Of a DNA stretch of 64,000 nt, positions 19,116 to 27,975 are shown in pieces (the first letter of the stretch is position 1; each line of letters starts with the position of its first letter). Position numbers and translations under genes: made by a program. Below the pieces are notes generated by a model, which saw only the letters and a list, made by a program, of their open reading frames with translations, had not been told where the DNA came from and searched no databases. The DNA is taken from positions 1,033,379 through 1,097,378 of the forward strand of contig CBDBLR010000003.1 in NCBI GenBank assembly GCA_965207115.1, given 5' to 3'. The stretch is from Dehalococcoidia bacterium. GTDB lineage: Bacteria > Chloroflexota > Dehalococcoidia > UBA6926.

Positions 19116-20453
19116 TTAGGCGGGCGTCAACTCAATCTCGCGTGACGGTGCGCCTGCATCTTCCACAAAATTCAAGCCCGCCAGAACTCCAGTTAGAGAC
19201 CACGGTCCGGCCCGGACGATGTCAACATCCACTACGTGGCCCTCGAGGTTTGCGTCGGATCCCTGCACGTGAACAATCTTGTTTGTCCGCGTCCGACCTG
19301 TCCACGCATCCTTGACGCGCCGCTCGATAAGAATCTCCTGCCGCGTACCCGCCAATGGCACGTTTAGCTCCGTCGCAATCCGTTCCTGGAGTTCCTCAAC
19401 GGCCTTGCGCCGTTCGATCTTGACCTTCGGTGGCACGTCATCCACGAGTTTGCGATCCGCGATGGTGCCGGGCCGTGTCGAGTACGGCGCAACGTGGACG
19501 ATATCGAACTTCACCTGCTCCAGAACATCCATCGTCTGCTGGAACTCTTCGTCTGTCTCGCCGCAGAATCCGACGATGACGTCCGTGCTGATGGCCACGC
19601 CTGGAATAGTCTCACGGGCGCGCTCAATGAGCTCCATGTATTGCGAGATTGTATACGGCCGGCGCATTCGCTCCAGGACTTCGTCCGCGCCGGCCTGGAA
19701 TGGAAGGTTAAGGTGCTCGCACGCCTTTGGGAGTTCTGCGACGGCATCGAGTATCCGCTGACTCATATCGCGCGGGTGGGAGGTCAGGAACCGGATGCGC
19801 TCCAGTCCGTCCACCGGGTGGATGGCACGGAGGAGGTCTGCGAGGTCGGGCTTGTCCGCCAAGTCGTGGCCGTAACGGTCGACGATCTGGCCGAGGAGAG
19901 TGATCTCTTTCGCCCCCCGCGCCGCCAACATTTCGGCCTCCCGAACGAGTTCATCGACAGGGCGGCTGGTCTCCCTGCCCCGCCGGTACGGGACGATGCA
20001 GTACGTGCAGAACTCATCGCAGCCCTGGATGATGGGCACGAAGGTGCTCACTGTGGGACGCGACGGCACGAGGAATGCCTGGTCCGTGTCGCAGGAGAGG
20101 CCCTGACGGTCTGCTGCAAACTCGACGAGCGCCGTGAAATCTTGGGGGCGCAGGAAGAAATCGACGTGGGGGAATCGTTCCCGGAGAGCGTCCGTGCGCG
20201 GGCCGACCATGCAGCCCATCAAGGCAATGGTCGCGTCCGGGTTGTTCTTCTTGTACGACTTGAGGGAGTCCAGCCTGCCGACAACCTTGTCCTCCGCCCC
20301 CTGGCGGACGACGCAGCTATTCAAGACAACAATGTCAGCATCCTCTGCCTTTTGGACGGACTCGTACCCCAGCTCGTCAAGGGAGAGGCCGAGACGATCT
20401 GAGTCGGCCACGTTCATCTGACAGCCGACCGTCCACAGGTGATAACTTGCCAT
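19116..20453 (-). CDS. miaB: tRNA-2-methylthio-N6-dimethylallyladenosine synthase (radical SAM methylthiotransferase)
   Basis: MASYHLWTVGCQMNVADSDR... MTTase N-domain, radical-SAM CxxxCxxC (CDEFCTYC) and C-terminal TRAM. The ORF-track 5' extension to 20537 overlaps the tRNA-Ser and is rejected. Confidence 0.85.
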   Translation of the reverse strand: MASYHLWTVGCQMNVADSDRLGLSLDELGYESVQKAEDADIVVLNSCVVRQGAEDKVVGRLDSLKSYKKNNPDATIALMGCMVGPRTDALRERFPHVDFFLRPQDFTALVEFAADRQGLSCDTDQAFLVPSRPTVSTFVPIIQGCDEFCTYCIVPYRRGRETSRPVDELVREAEMLAARGAKEITLLGQIVDRYGHDLADKPDLADLLRAIHPVDGLERIRFLTSHPRDMSQRILDAVAELPKACEHLNLPFQAGADEVLERMRRPYTISQYMELIERARETIPGVAISTDVIVGFCGETDEEFQQTMDVLEQVKFDIVHVAPYSTRPGTIADRKLVDDVPPKVKIERRKAVEELQERIATELNVPLAGTRQEILIERRVKDAWTGRTRTNKIVHVQGSDANLEGHVVDVDIVRAGPWSLTGVLAGLNFVEDAGAPSREIELTPA

Positions 20454-20509
20454 TCCCCGTCCCTCACCATCCCTGTTTTGACCGCCCGTTGCGGGCGGGT
20501 TATATGCGA

Positions 20510-20603
20510 TGGCGGAGGGAATGGGATTCGAACCCATGTGTCCCGATTAAAGGACAAACCGCTTAGCAGGCGGCCGCACTAGACCTGGCTATGCGATCCC
20601 TCC
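20510..20603 (-). tRNA. tRNA-Ser (anticodon GCT), class II with long variable arm
   Basis: Manual fold of the reverse complement: acceptor GGAGGGA/TCCCTCC, D-arm GCAT-AGCCAGGTCTA-GTGC, anticodon stem GCCGC/GCGGT with loop CTGCTAA, 20-nt variable hairpin (TGTCC...GGACA), T-arm ATGGG-TTCGAAT-CCCAT, discriminator G and encoded CCA. Confidence 0.85.
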
Positions 20604-20714
20604 GCGAATTGCCGTGCAATGAAGTGATAGACCTCGTTTACACTGCGTTCACCATGATACAACGGTTGGGGGAAAGGCCGAAGATTCAGCCGGAAGTGAT
20701 GGCACGAGTTTGAA

Positions 20715-21224
20715 ATGACTGGCAACGACGAGAATGAGCTGAGCCGTCGCGCATTCCTCACCATGTCATGGCGGCGCGATGATCCGGCCGTGTCAACAGA
20801 GCCGTCACGCCCAGCAACCGCGAGTAGTCTCGTGCTGCTTGGCAACATCCAGAGCCTGCGTGATTTAGCAGTCGGCGAGGTTGTCGTTTCACCGCGTCGT
20901 GCCGACATCCACGCCGTGCGGACGACAACCGGCATTTTTGCTCTACGTTCGCGCTGTCCAAACGACGGGGCGCTTGTCGCGTGGCGGGAGGACGAACCAT
21001 CCGAGGACACATTGGCCCCAATCGGCCGCTTCTACTGTTCCCGTGACGCCTCGATATTCAACCGGCTTGGCGAGTTGGTGGCGGGCTCGGCGGACGGTCC
21101 CCTACCCGCCCTCGTGATTGCCGAGCGCGATGGCAGCCTATGGGCGGACGAGGCGAAACCGGAGGCATTGGAGAACGAGGAGCGGCTGCGCCGCGAATTT
21201 GCATTCACGCGGCCGCCGGAGTGA
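20715..21224 (+). CDS. hypothetical protein with twin-arginine-like N-terminus and a degenerate Rieske-like motif
   Basis: SRRAFLTMS near the N-terminus. RCPNDGA...(26 aa)...YCSRDAS resembles the Rieske boxes CxHxGC / CxCH but both His ligands are replaced. Confidence 0.35.
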   Translation: MTGNDENELSRRAFLTMSWRRDDPAVSTEPSRPATASSLVLLGNIQSLRDLAVGEVVVSPRRADIHAVRTTTGIFALRSRCPNDGALVAWREDEPSEDTLAPIGRFYCSRDASIFNRLGELVAGSADGPLPALVIAERDGSLWADEAKPEALENEERLRREFAFTRPPE

Positions 21225-21228
21225 AACG

Positions 21229-22077
21229 TTACGGACCGGCCGGATCTAGCAGGACGTAACGCTGACGACGGCGTAAGCGCGAAAACGCGCGGCGCGGGTC
21301 AAGGGCGAGGAGGGCGGCGTACTTGCGCAATTCCTCCATTCTTTGCGGATCGCCCGTCCGACGCCAGGCGTTATAGCTGTCCAGCATGAGATTTGTCACG
21401 CGTTGAACATCCATGCCATGGATGAATGTCTGTGCCACCTCAGATAGGACTTCTGCATAGATTCCAAAGTTGTTAGAAAGTCGGCTAAGGACGCGGTCCT
21501 GTCCCGTCCAACGCGCCAGTTCATGTTCGGAGGCGAGCGCGTAGTGACTCCTCCCCAGCCGCGTGTAGTAACTGATATCGAGCTTGGGGACGACCTGCAT
21601 TGTCGGGTTGCGCCGACGTTGCCACCTACTCCGGCGTCCGGTCAGGCTTGCGGGAAAGATGCCAATCAGGAACAGGGTGCTATCCGCAATATTCCGGTTG
21701 GCCTCAAAGAGATTCTGCGCTTCGCGCGTTGCGCCATGCTCCGCCTCTTCCATCAGGCTTTCCAGCAGGTTGCCGAAGTGGGCGGCAAGGTCAGGGATCG
21801 GAAAAATCTCTCTCATCTGCACATGGCGCGCGAGCAGGCTACCAAGGTAGTCGAGCGTGGCGATACTGGTGCTTTGGCGGTCAATGTAGAGCGCCTTAAG
21901 GAGGAATAGATCGAACAAACTCCGGAGTTCAATTCGCTTGAGCTGCGTAATGTCCCCGTAGAAGCCATCAAGGAGGGTATCGACCTCACGCGCGAAAGCA
22001 CGGTCGACGATGTTTCGTCCCTCATGCGCTGATGCTGATTCCTTGAGAGCCTGTACGGCAGTTTCTACGTCCGCCAT
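21229..22077 (-). CDS. hypothetical protein (no recognisable family)
   Basis: 282-aa ORF. Lies 48 nt downstream of, and co-directional with, the MBL-fold hydrolase. Confidence 0.45.
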   Translation of the reverse strand: MADVETAVQALKESASAHEGRNIVDRAFAREVDTLLDGFYGDITQLKRIELRSLFDLFLLKALYIDRQSTSIATLDYLGSLLARHVQMREIFPIPDLAAHFGNLLESLMEEAEHGATREAQNLFEANRNIADSTLFLIGIFPASLTGRRSRWQRRRNPTMQVVPKLDISYYTRLGRSHYALASEHELARWTGQDRVLSRLSNNFGIYAEVLSEVAQTFIHGMDVQRVTNLMLDSYNAWRRTGDPQRMEELRKYAALLALDPRRAFSRLRRRQRYVLLDPAGP

Positions 22078-22125
22078 GTCCTCTCTCCTCGCGCTTATTT
22101 GTCCGGGTTACGTCGTTACTGCCAC

Positions 22126-23277
22126 CTACGCCTGGGACTGCCACCTGACGAGGGGCGAGCCCTCATCACGGATACGCCGTATTGTTCCTTTACGGCTCAG
22201 GTGCTCCAGATGCGAAAGAGTCTCGCCAACGGCAGCCCGGCGCAAGAACTCATCCATCTCTTCCCACGAACCAACATCCCACGGCACGCCGGACGCGACT
22301 TCATATGCGGTTCTCGGCGGCCCGTCTGCCGCATTTGCGACGGCGTCCAGACGCGCATCGTGGTGCTTGTGAAGCTCCGCCACACGACCCTTCAGGTCTG
22401 TGAAGTGGTGTTCATGGGCGGGGAGGACCAGGTCGACGTCCAGTTCGCCCACCCTTGCGACCGAGTCAAGATAATCGCCCAGGGGGTCCCCGTCCGATGT
22501 CATCCTGACGGAGACGTTCGACGTGATGATGGGGAGGATGTGATCGCCGGTAAAGACGATTCGGGCTTCCTCATCCACCCAGCAGAGATGGCCCGGGGTG
22601 TGGCCTGGCGTCCAGAACGCGCGCAGGTTGTGATTGCCGGTCTTGTAGACTTCCGAACCGTCCAGGAGCAGGTCAGGCGGCTCAAATTCGCGGAATAGCG
22701 CCCAACGCCGCGCCTCGCGCTCTTCTCCCGCGCCACGCTCGGCGGTGTCACCGTGAGAGGGGATGCCCTCCGGGTGCTCCTCCTGTCGACGTTCTTCTTC
22801 TTGAATTGCCTGGCGACCGCGGCGGCCTCCAAACAGCTCGCCTTGAAGTTCTTCCTCCGGCACTCCGTGTCGGCGATACCACTCTTTCATGCGGTCGCTG
22901 CCTTCGGTGCGGGCGGCTTTCGGATCACGCTTGAGGGATTCCATCGCCTCACGGAAAGGGCTTTGTTCCCAGTCGATGCGGTGCATGGCCGAGCGTGCGC
23001 CGGTGAGTTTCTTCGCGTCGATAGCAAGGCCGTAGTGATCAGGATGATTGTGCGTGATAAGGATGAAATCGATTTGGCCCGGCTTGATCCCCAACTGCCC
23101 TACCAATTGATCTTCGAGAGCTTCAATGCCCTCCTCGGAGCGAAGGCCTGTGTCAATAAGGATGGGGTTTTCAGGCCCGGTGACGAGATACGGGAGGGTG
23201 TAGCCGAGCGGATTCTCCGGCATCGGAATACGCATCTGGAAGATTCCAGGGGCCACCTCATTGACGGATTCAGACAT
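22126..23277 (-). CDS. MBL-fold metallo-hydrolase with a long charged internal insertion
   Basis: ILITHNHPDHYG (HxHxDH) plus downstream His/Asp motifs (FWTPGHTPGH, TGDHILP). A roughly 60-aa Glu/Arg-rich insert sits between the halves. Start taken at MSESVNEV. Confidence 0.7.
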   Translation of the reverse strand: MSESVNEVAPGIFQMRIPMPENPLGYTLPYLVTGPENPILIDTGLRSEEGIEALEDQLVGQLGIKPGQIDFILITHNHPDHYGLAIDAKKLTGARSAMHRIDWEQSPFREAMESLKRDPKAARTEGSDRMKEWYRRHGVPEEELQGELFGGRRGRQAIQEEERRQEEHPEGIPSHGDTAERGAGEEREARRWALFREFEPPDLLLDGSEVYKTGNHNLRAFWTPGHTPGHLCWVDEEARIVFTGDHILPIITSNVSVRMTSDGDPLGDYLDSVARVGELDVDLVLPAHEHHFTDLKGRVAELHKHHDARLDAVANAADGPPRTAYEVASGVPWDVGSWEEMDEFLRRAAVGETLSHLEHLSRKGTIRRIRDEGSPLVRWQSQA

Positions 23278-23420
23278 TGCGTAAGTACCTCTCATGCGCC
23301 GTAACGCATCTCATATCATGTTGCCGCCGATTATATCAGCCACGCGCCTACATGCCCTATGAGGAATTCTCTTCAACATGCCATAAGCTCATCCCATTCT
23401 GTCCCGTTGCGCCCAAACCT

Positions 23421-23450
23421 TTGTTATACTCAAATGCGTTGCGTCATAAT
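23421..23450 (+). promoter_or_regulatory. candidate sigma-70-type promoter for korAB (TTGTTA-18nt-CATAAT; also TGnTATACT extended -10)
   Basis: Sequence ttgttatactcaaatgcgttgcgtcataat lies in the divergent intergenic region, about 115 nt upstream of korA. Pattern-based only. Confidence 0.25.
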
Positions 23451-23563
23451 GCACGGGGCAGGTTTATGGCGGACGCTTCACGGGGGCTCGGGAACCATAG
23501 CCTTTCAAGCAAACGCCACGCACTGCTGACCTGCTGAAAATTGAAGTCGCAAGGGGGAAATTA

Positions 23564-25294
23564 GTGGCAGCCACACGAGACTTTGTGATCCGCTTCGCGG
23601 GCGAAGGCGGACAGGGCATGGTGACAGCGTCCGAGGCCCTCGCCGCAGCAGCCGCGCAAGTTGGATACCATGTGATGACGTTCGTGACATTCCCGTCCCA
23701 GATTATGGGCGGGCCAACGTGGAGCCAGTGTCGCGTCTCCGTGACACCGGCGCTCAGCAACGGCGACACACTTGACGTGCTCGTCGCTTTCAACGAGGAA
23801 GCCTACGAGGTTCACAAGGGAGAGCTGCGTGACGGCGGCATCCTCGTTTACGACTCCGCAGTGTTCGAGGTTCCTGACGAGGATCGCAGCGCCATGAACG
23901 TCGTGGCCCTGCCCTACGAGGAACTCGGTAAGTCGACGGGCAACCCCCGCGCGGCCAACATGGTAATCCTTGGCGCGGTGGCACAGTTCGTTGAGTGGCC
24001 CGAACAGTATCTTGAGGACTTCAACGTCCAGCGATTCACGCGGGGACGACCAAACGACGCCGAGATCGTTGCGGCCAACAGCATGGGCCTTGGTCTCGGA
24101 CGCAACGCGGCGACGGAAAGCGGATTCTCCCTCGGCGAGTTGGCGGCTCCCGATCCGCCCGACTACGAGCAGATCATCATCAAGGGTAACGAGAGCTTTG
24201 GACTTGGGGCTCTCGCGGGCGGCGTGAATTTCTTCGTCGGCTACCCGATATCGCCAGCTACGTCCATCCTCGTATTCATGGAACAGAACCTCCGCGGCGA
24301 GGGGACGTTCGTTTACCAGGCAAGTTCTGAGATCGAATCGATCAGCACCATCGTCGGCGCAGGATTTGCCGGGAAGAAGGCTATGACCTCCACCGCCGGC
24401 CCCGGCTTCTCGCTCATGAGTGAGGGACTCGGGATGGCATGGATGATGGAGATTCCATGCGTCATCGTCGATGTCCAGCGCGGCGGCCCCGCCACCGGAT
24501 TGCCCACCAAGTCAGAACAGTCTGACCTTTACATGGCGATGCATCCGGCGCACGGCGACTCGCAGCTGCCAGTCATTGCACCAGGCACCATCGAGGAATG
24601 CTTCTACGCAGCCATGCACGCCCTCAATTGGGCGGAGCGCTACCAGGGCCCGGTCATTGTTCTTTCGGACCACATGCTCTCCGAGCGCGTGCAGAACATC
24701 CGAAGGCCTGATCCGGCCCTCGTCGAAGTGGAGGCGCGGCAGATTTACACTGGCACGAACGGGTACAAGCGCTACGAGGGAGATTCCGTTTCACCCATGC
24801 CGCTGCCCGGCGGCCCCGGCGCGTACGTCGCCAACGCGAGCGAGCACGATGACATCGGCGATACCACTCACCTCCCGGAGCGCCACGTCGTTGGCACGGA
24901 GCGCAGGTTCGGCAAGTTGAAGCTCCTTGAAGACACGCCGTACGAGGCGCGCAACACGGAAAATGATGTCGCTATCCTGCCGTGGGGCGGCCAAAAGGGC
25001 CCTGCCCATGAGGCATACGAGCAGTTGATGGAGAACGGCGTGCCGGTGGGCTGGTATTACACCATGTTCATCTCCCCGCTCAATCCCAAGCTGCTGGATG
25101 AGCTGCGATCCAAGAAGCTCGTCCTAGTTCCGGAGCTCAACTATCTTGGACAGTTGTCCTCCATCCTGCGCCAGCATGGCGTCAACGCGAAGTCCCTAAC
25201 CCAGTACACGGGCTTGCCATTCAAGGTGGCGGACCTGGTTGAAAAGATTACCGCCGAGGTTGAGGCCGAGGTGGGCAGTAAGGTCGGAGTCTAG
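23564..25294 (+). CDS. korA: 2-oxoacid:ferredoxin oxidoreductase, alpha subunit (fused gamma-alpha, KorA-like)
   Basis: 576 aa. Begins FVIRFAGEGGQGMVTASE (gamma/PorC-like domain), followed by the alpha transketolase-like domain. Adjacent to the TPP-binding beta subunit. Confidence 0.8.
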   Translation: MAATRDFVIRFAGEGGQGMVTASEALAAAAAQVGYHVMTFVTFPSQIMGGPTWSQCRVSVTPALSNGDTLDVLVAFNEEAYEVHKGELRDGGILVYDSAVFEVPDEDRSAMNVVALPYEELGKSTGNPRAANMVILGAVAQFVEWPEQYLEDFNVQRFTRGRPNDAEIVAANSMGLGLGRNAATESGFSLGELAAPDPPDYEQIIIKGNESFGLGALAGGVNFFVGYPISPATSILVFMEQNLRGEGTFVYQASSEIESISTIVGAGFAGKKAMTSTAGPGFSLMSEGLGMAWMMEIPCVIVDVQRGGPATGLPTKSEQSDLYMAMHPAHGDSQLPVIAPGTIEECFYAAMHALNWAERYQGPVIVLSDHMLSERVQNIRRPDPALVEVEARQIYTGTNGYKRYEGDSVSPMPLPGGPGAYVANASEHDDIGDTTHLPERHVVGTERRFGKLKLLEDTPYEARNTENDVAILPWGGQKGPAHEAYEQLMENGVPVGWYYTMFISPLNPKLLDELRSKKLVLVPELNYLGQLSSILRQHGVNAKSLTQYTGLPFKVADLVEKITAEVEAEVGSKVGV

Positions 25295-25337
25295 CGCCCT
25301 GTACACGGGCACAGTCTAAGGAGAGAGGTAGCAGACA

Positions 25338-26207
25338 ATGACGAAGCGGAATCCCGAGTATGATTTCAAGTGGTGCCCCGGCTGCGGCGACTTTGGTGTC
25401 AAGCGCGCCATCGAGTTGACGATCGCAGCACGCACAACCGAAATGGATATCGCGTTTGAGAATAATGTGATCGTCGCCGGAATCGGTTGCTCGGGCAACC
25501 TGGTTCACCTGACCGACGGCCCTCAGCCGTTCGGTTTTCACGGCATCCACGGACGCACGTTACCAGTTGCGTTCGGCATCAAGAGCGGCAACCCTGAGCT
25601 TGAGGTCATGATTGTTGCCGGCGACGGCGATTTCCTGAGCATTGGCGCGGAGCATATCGGCCCCGCCGCTCAACGCAACCTGAACGTGACGTGCGTGATC
25701 ATGGATAACGGCGTATACGGGCTGACGAAGGGACAGAGCTCCCCCACCACGCAGTTCGGCGTCGTCACTAGCACCACGCCCGGTGGAAAGATTGAGGGTG
25801 AGGTCAAGCCGTTCCAGTACTACCTGTCACTGGGCGCGTCGTTTGTCGCATCTGCGTTCTCCAGCAAGCCTCGCGAGATGGCACAGATGATCCGGCAGGG
25901 CATGGACTACCGCGGCTTCTCCATCGTCCACGTGCAGTCACCCTGCACCACCTATAACGACAACTACGATGTCCTCCGCGGCAACGCCAAGAAGGGCATC
26001 GATCCGCTGACCTACGACATCCCTGAGAGCCATGACCCGACAGACTATCGGGAGGCGTTGAGGATTGCGCAGGATCCGGGCATTCCGCTCGGCGTCCTGT
26101 ACGCAGCAGACAACTCCGAGCCTCTGGACGAGCGTTACAGCAGCCTCAATTCTCGCCTGCGCTCACGAGACGTGGACGAGATGATTGCGTCGTTCGCCAT
26201 CCAGTAG
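25338..26207 (+). CDS. korB: 2-oxoacid:ferredoxin oxidoreductase, beta subunit (TPP-binding)
   Basis: WCPGCGDFG N-terminus and GDGD...G TPP-binding motif (VAGDGDFLSIGAEH). Confidence 0.85.
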   Translation: MTKRNPEYDFKWCPGCGDFGVKRAIELTIAARTTEMDIAFENNVIVAGIGCSGNLVHLTDGPQPFGFHGIHGRTLPVAFGIKSGNPELEVMIVAGDGDFLSIGAEHIGPAAQRNLNVTCVIMDNGVYGLTKGQSSPTTQFGVVTSTTPGGKIEGEVKPFQYYLSLGASFVASAFSSKPREMAQMIRQGMDYRGFSIVHVQSPCTTYNDNYDVLRGNAKKGIDPLTYDIPESHDPTDYREALRIAQDPGIPLGVLYAADNSEPLDERYSSLNSRLRSRDVDEMIASFAIQ

Positions 26208-26227
26208 ACACGGAAACACATACGCCC

Positions 26228-27517
26228 ATGGCCCGGCAAACGCTGGAGGCCCGGCTTAGAGACGAAATACGGCGAAGGGGTCCCATCCCCTTCGCCGATT
26301 TCATGCGCGCTGTCCTCTATGACCCGGACGGCGGCTACTACAGCAGTCTCGACGAGCGGATAGGCCCGGGCGGCGATTTCTATACCGCGCCCGCCGCTCA
26401 CCCCGCATTCGGCGCGTTGCTTGCGCTGCAACTAGAGCGGTGCTGGGAACTTCTCGGCAAACCACGGTCGTTTACGATCATGGAAGAGGGCGGCGGCAAG
26501 GGTCGTCTCGCCCACGATATTTTCAACTATTCGCGACAACTGGCGACAGAATTCAGTCAAGCCATCGATTACCGCATTGTCGAGTTCGGGCGGAACGGGC
26601 GTGTGACGCCGTCGCCGGGCGATGGCGCGGAAATCATCGTCGACTGGGAAAGCGATGCCCTGCCGGATGAGATTGAGGCAGGCGTAATCATCTCCAATGA
26701 GTTGTATGACGCTATGCCGCGCCATCGTGTTATTCAGCAGGGGCAGACCCTGTATGAGCTGCTGGTGGATATGACCGACGCGGGATTCATTGAGACGATC
26801 GCTGAGCCATCGACACCTGCGCTGGCGGAGCGGCTGAGGCAGCTCGACGTTACGCTACCCAACGGGAGCAAAGCGGAGATTGACCTCGGCGGCCCGGGGC
26901 ATCTCACAGAAAGCGCATCACGTCTACGGCGAGGATTCGTCCTTACAATCGACTATGGTTTTCCCGCCGCCACCTTGTATGACGGGTCTCGTCGCGAGGG
27001 CACCCTGCTCTGCTATCACCATCACACGTCCTCCACCAACCCGTACATCCGGCTTGGCAGGCAGGACATTACGGCACACGTGGATTTCACCTCGCTTGCG
27101 TGGGCAGGAGAAGAGGCGGGGCTATTGACGGAGGGATTGCTCACGCAACAGCGGTATCTGAAGAAGCTCGGATCGCAGGCGTTTATCGATGTGCTGCGCG
27201 AAATTGATCTACCACCGCAGGACATCATGGCAAACCGCATGGCGATCCTTGAACTCACCAAGCCGACCGGGTTCGGTGGGTTCGGCGTCCTGATACACAG
27301 CACGGGCACGGAGGATGGGGAGCCGTACGGCGTGGATGAGGTGGTGATCAGCCGCGCGCGCGGCGGGTTGGACGGCCTCCCGCCCGTCCTTCTGACTCCC
27401 GGCCATATGCCGCTGCTCGCCGGACGGTATCCGCAGTACTCTGAATTGGACAACATTTGGCCGGCGGCTCAACAACCGGAAACAGACGAGATTACTACAG
27501 GAGGCACACAGCAATGA
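26228..27517 (+). CDS. class I SAM-dependent methyltransferase, DUF185/MidA (NDUFAF7-like) family
   Basis: IPFADFMRAVLYDPDGGYYS...GDFYTAPAAHPAFGALLA...MEEGGGKGRLAHD, the DUF185 signature. Confidence 0.75.
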   Translation: MARQTLEARLRDEIRRRGPIPFADFMRAVLYDPDGGYYSSLDERIGPGGDFYTAPAAHPAFGALLALQLERCWELLGKPRSFTIMEEGGGKGRLAHDIFNYSRQLATEFSQAIDYRIVEFGRNGRVTPSPGDGAEIIVDWESDALPDEIEAGVIISNELYDAMPRHRVIQQGQTLYELLVDMTDAGFIETIAEPSTPALAERLRQLDVTLPNGSKAEIDLGGPGHLTESASRLRRGFVLTIDYGFPAATLYDGSRREGTLLCYHHHTSSTNPYIRLGRQDITAHVDFTSLAWAGEEAGLLTEGLLTQQRYLKKLGSQAFIDVLREIDLPPQDIMANRMAILELTKPTGFGGFGVLIHSTGTEDGEPYGVDEVVISRARGGLDGLPPVLLTPGHMPLLAGRYPQYSELDNIWPAAQQPETDEITTGGTQQ

Positions 27518-27975
27518 CAGTTGCGGACAGACTGAAGGAGCTCGGAATCACTCTTCCTCCGCCCGCCACGCCCGGCGGCAACTACACACCCGCGAACCTG
27601 GTGGGGCATACGCTTTACGTCGCAGGGCAGCTCCCCACGCAAGACGGCGCGCTAATCTCGCCCGGCAAGGTTGGCGGGGACGTTACCGTTGAGGAGGCGG
27701 CCGAGGCAGCTCGCATCGCGACGCTTAATGCGCTTTCAGCGGTGGAAAATGCCCTGGAGGGTGGTCTTGATGCCGTTGAGTCAGTGACGCGAATCACCGT
27801 GTTCGTGAATGCCGTGCCCGATTTCGATCAGCACTCCATCGTTGCGAATGGCGCCTCTGATCTGCTTGTTGCAGTTCTGGGTGACGCCGGACAACACGCC
27901 CGGAATGCCATCGGCATGGGATCCCTGCCACGCGGCTCCTGCGTCGAGGTAGAGACGAACTTTAAGATTCGGTAG
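27514..27975 (+). CDS. RidA/YjgF-family protein
   Basis: MTVADRLKELGITLPP...TVFVNAVPDF...GSLPRGSCVEVE. Start overlaps the midA-like stop in an ATGA. Confidence 0.7.
   Translation: MTVADRLKELGITLPPPATPGGNYTPANLVGHTLYVAGQLPTQDGALISPGKVGGDVTVEEAAEAARIATLNALSAVENALEGGLDAVESVTRITVFVNAVPDFDQHSIVANGASDLLVAVLGDAGQHARNAIGMGSLPRGSCVEVETNFKIR

Noticed and set aside
19494-20402. 302-aa plus-strand ORF
   Set aside because: Antisense to miaB, whose radical-SAM and TRAM motifs are unambiguous.
20454-20537. 5' extension of the miaB ORF (MGSNPIPSAIAYNPPATGGQNRDGEGRG...)
   Set aside because: It overlaps the tRNA-Ser gene on the same strand. The conserved MiaB N-terminus starts at the internal Met.
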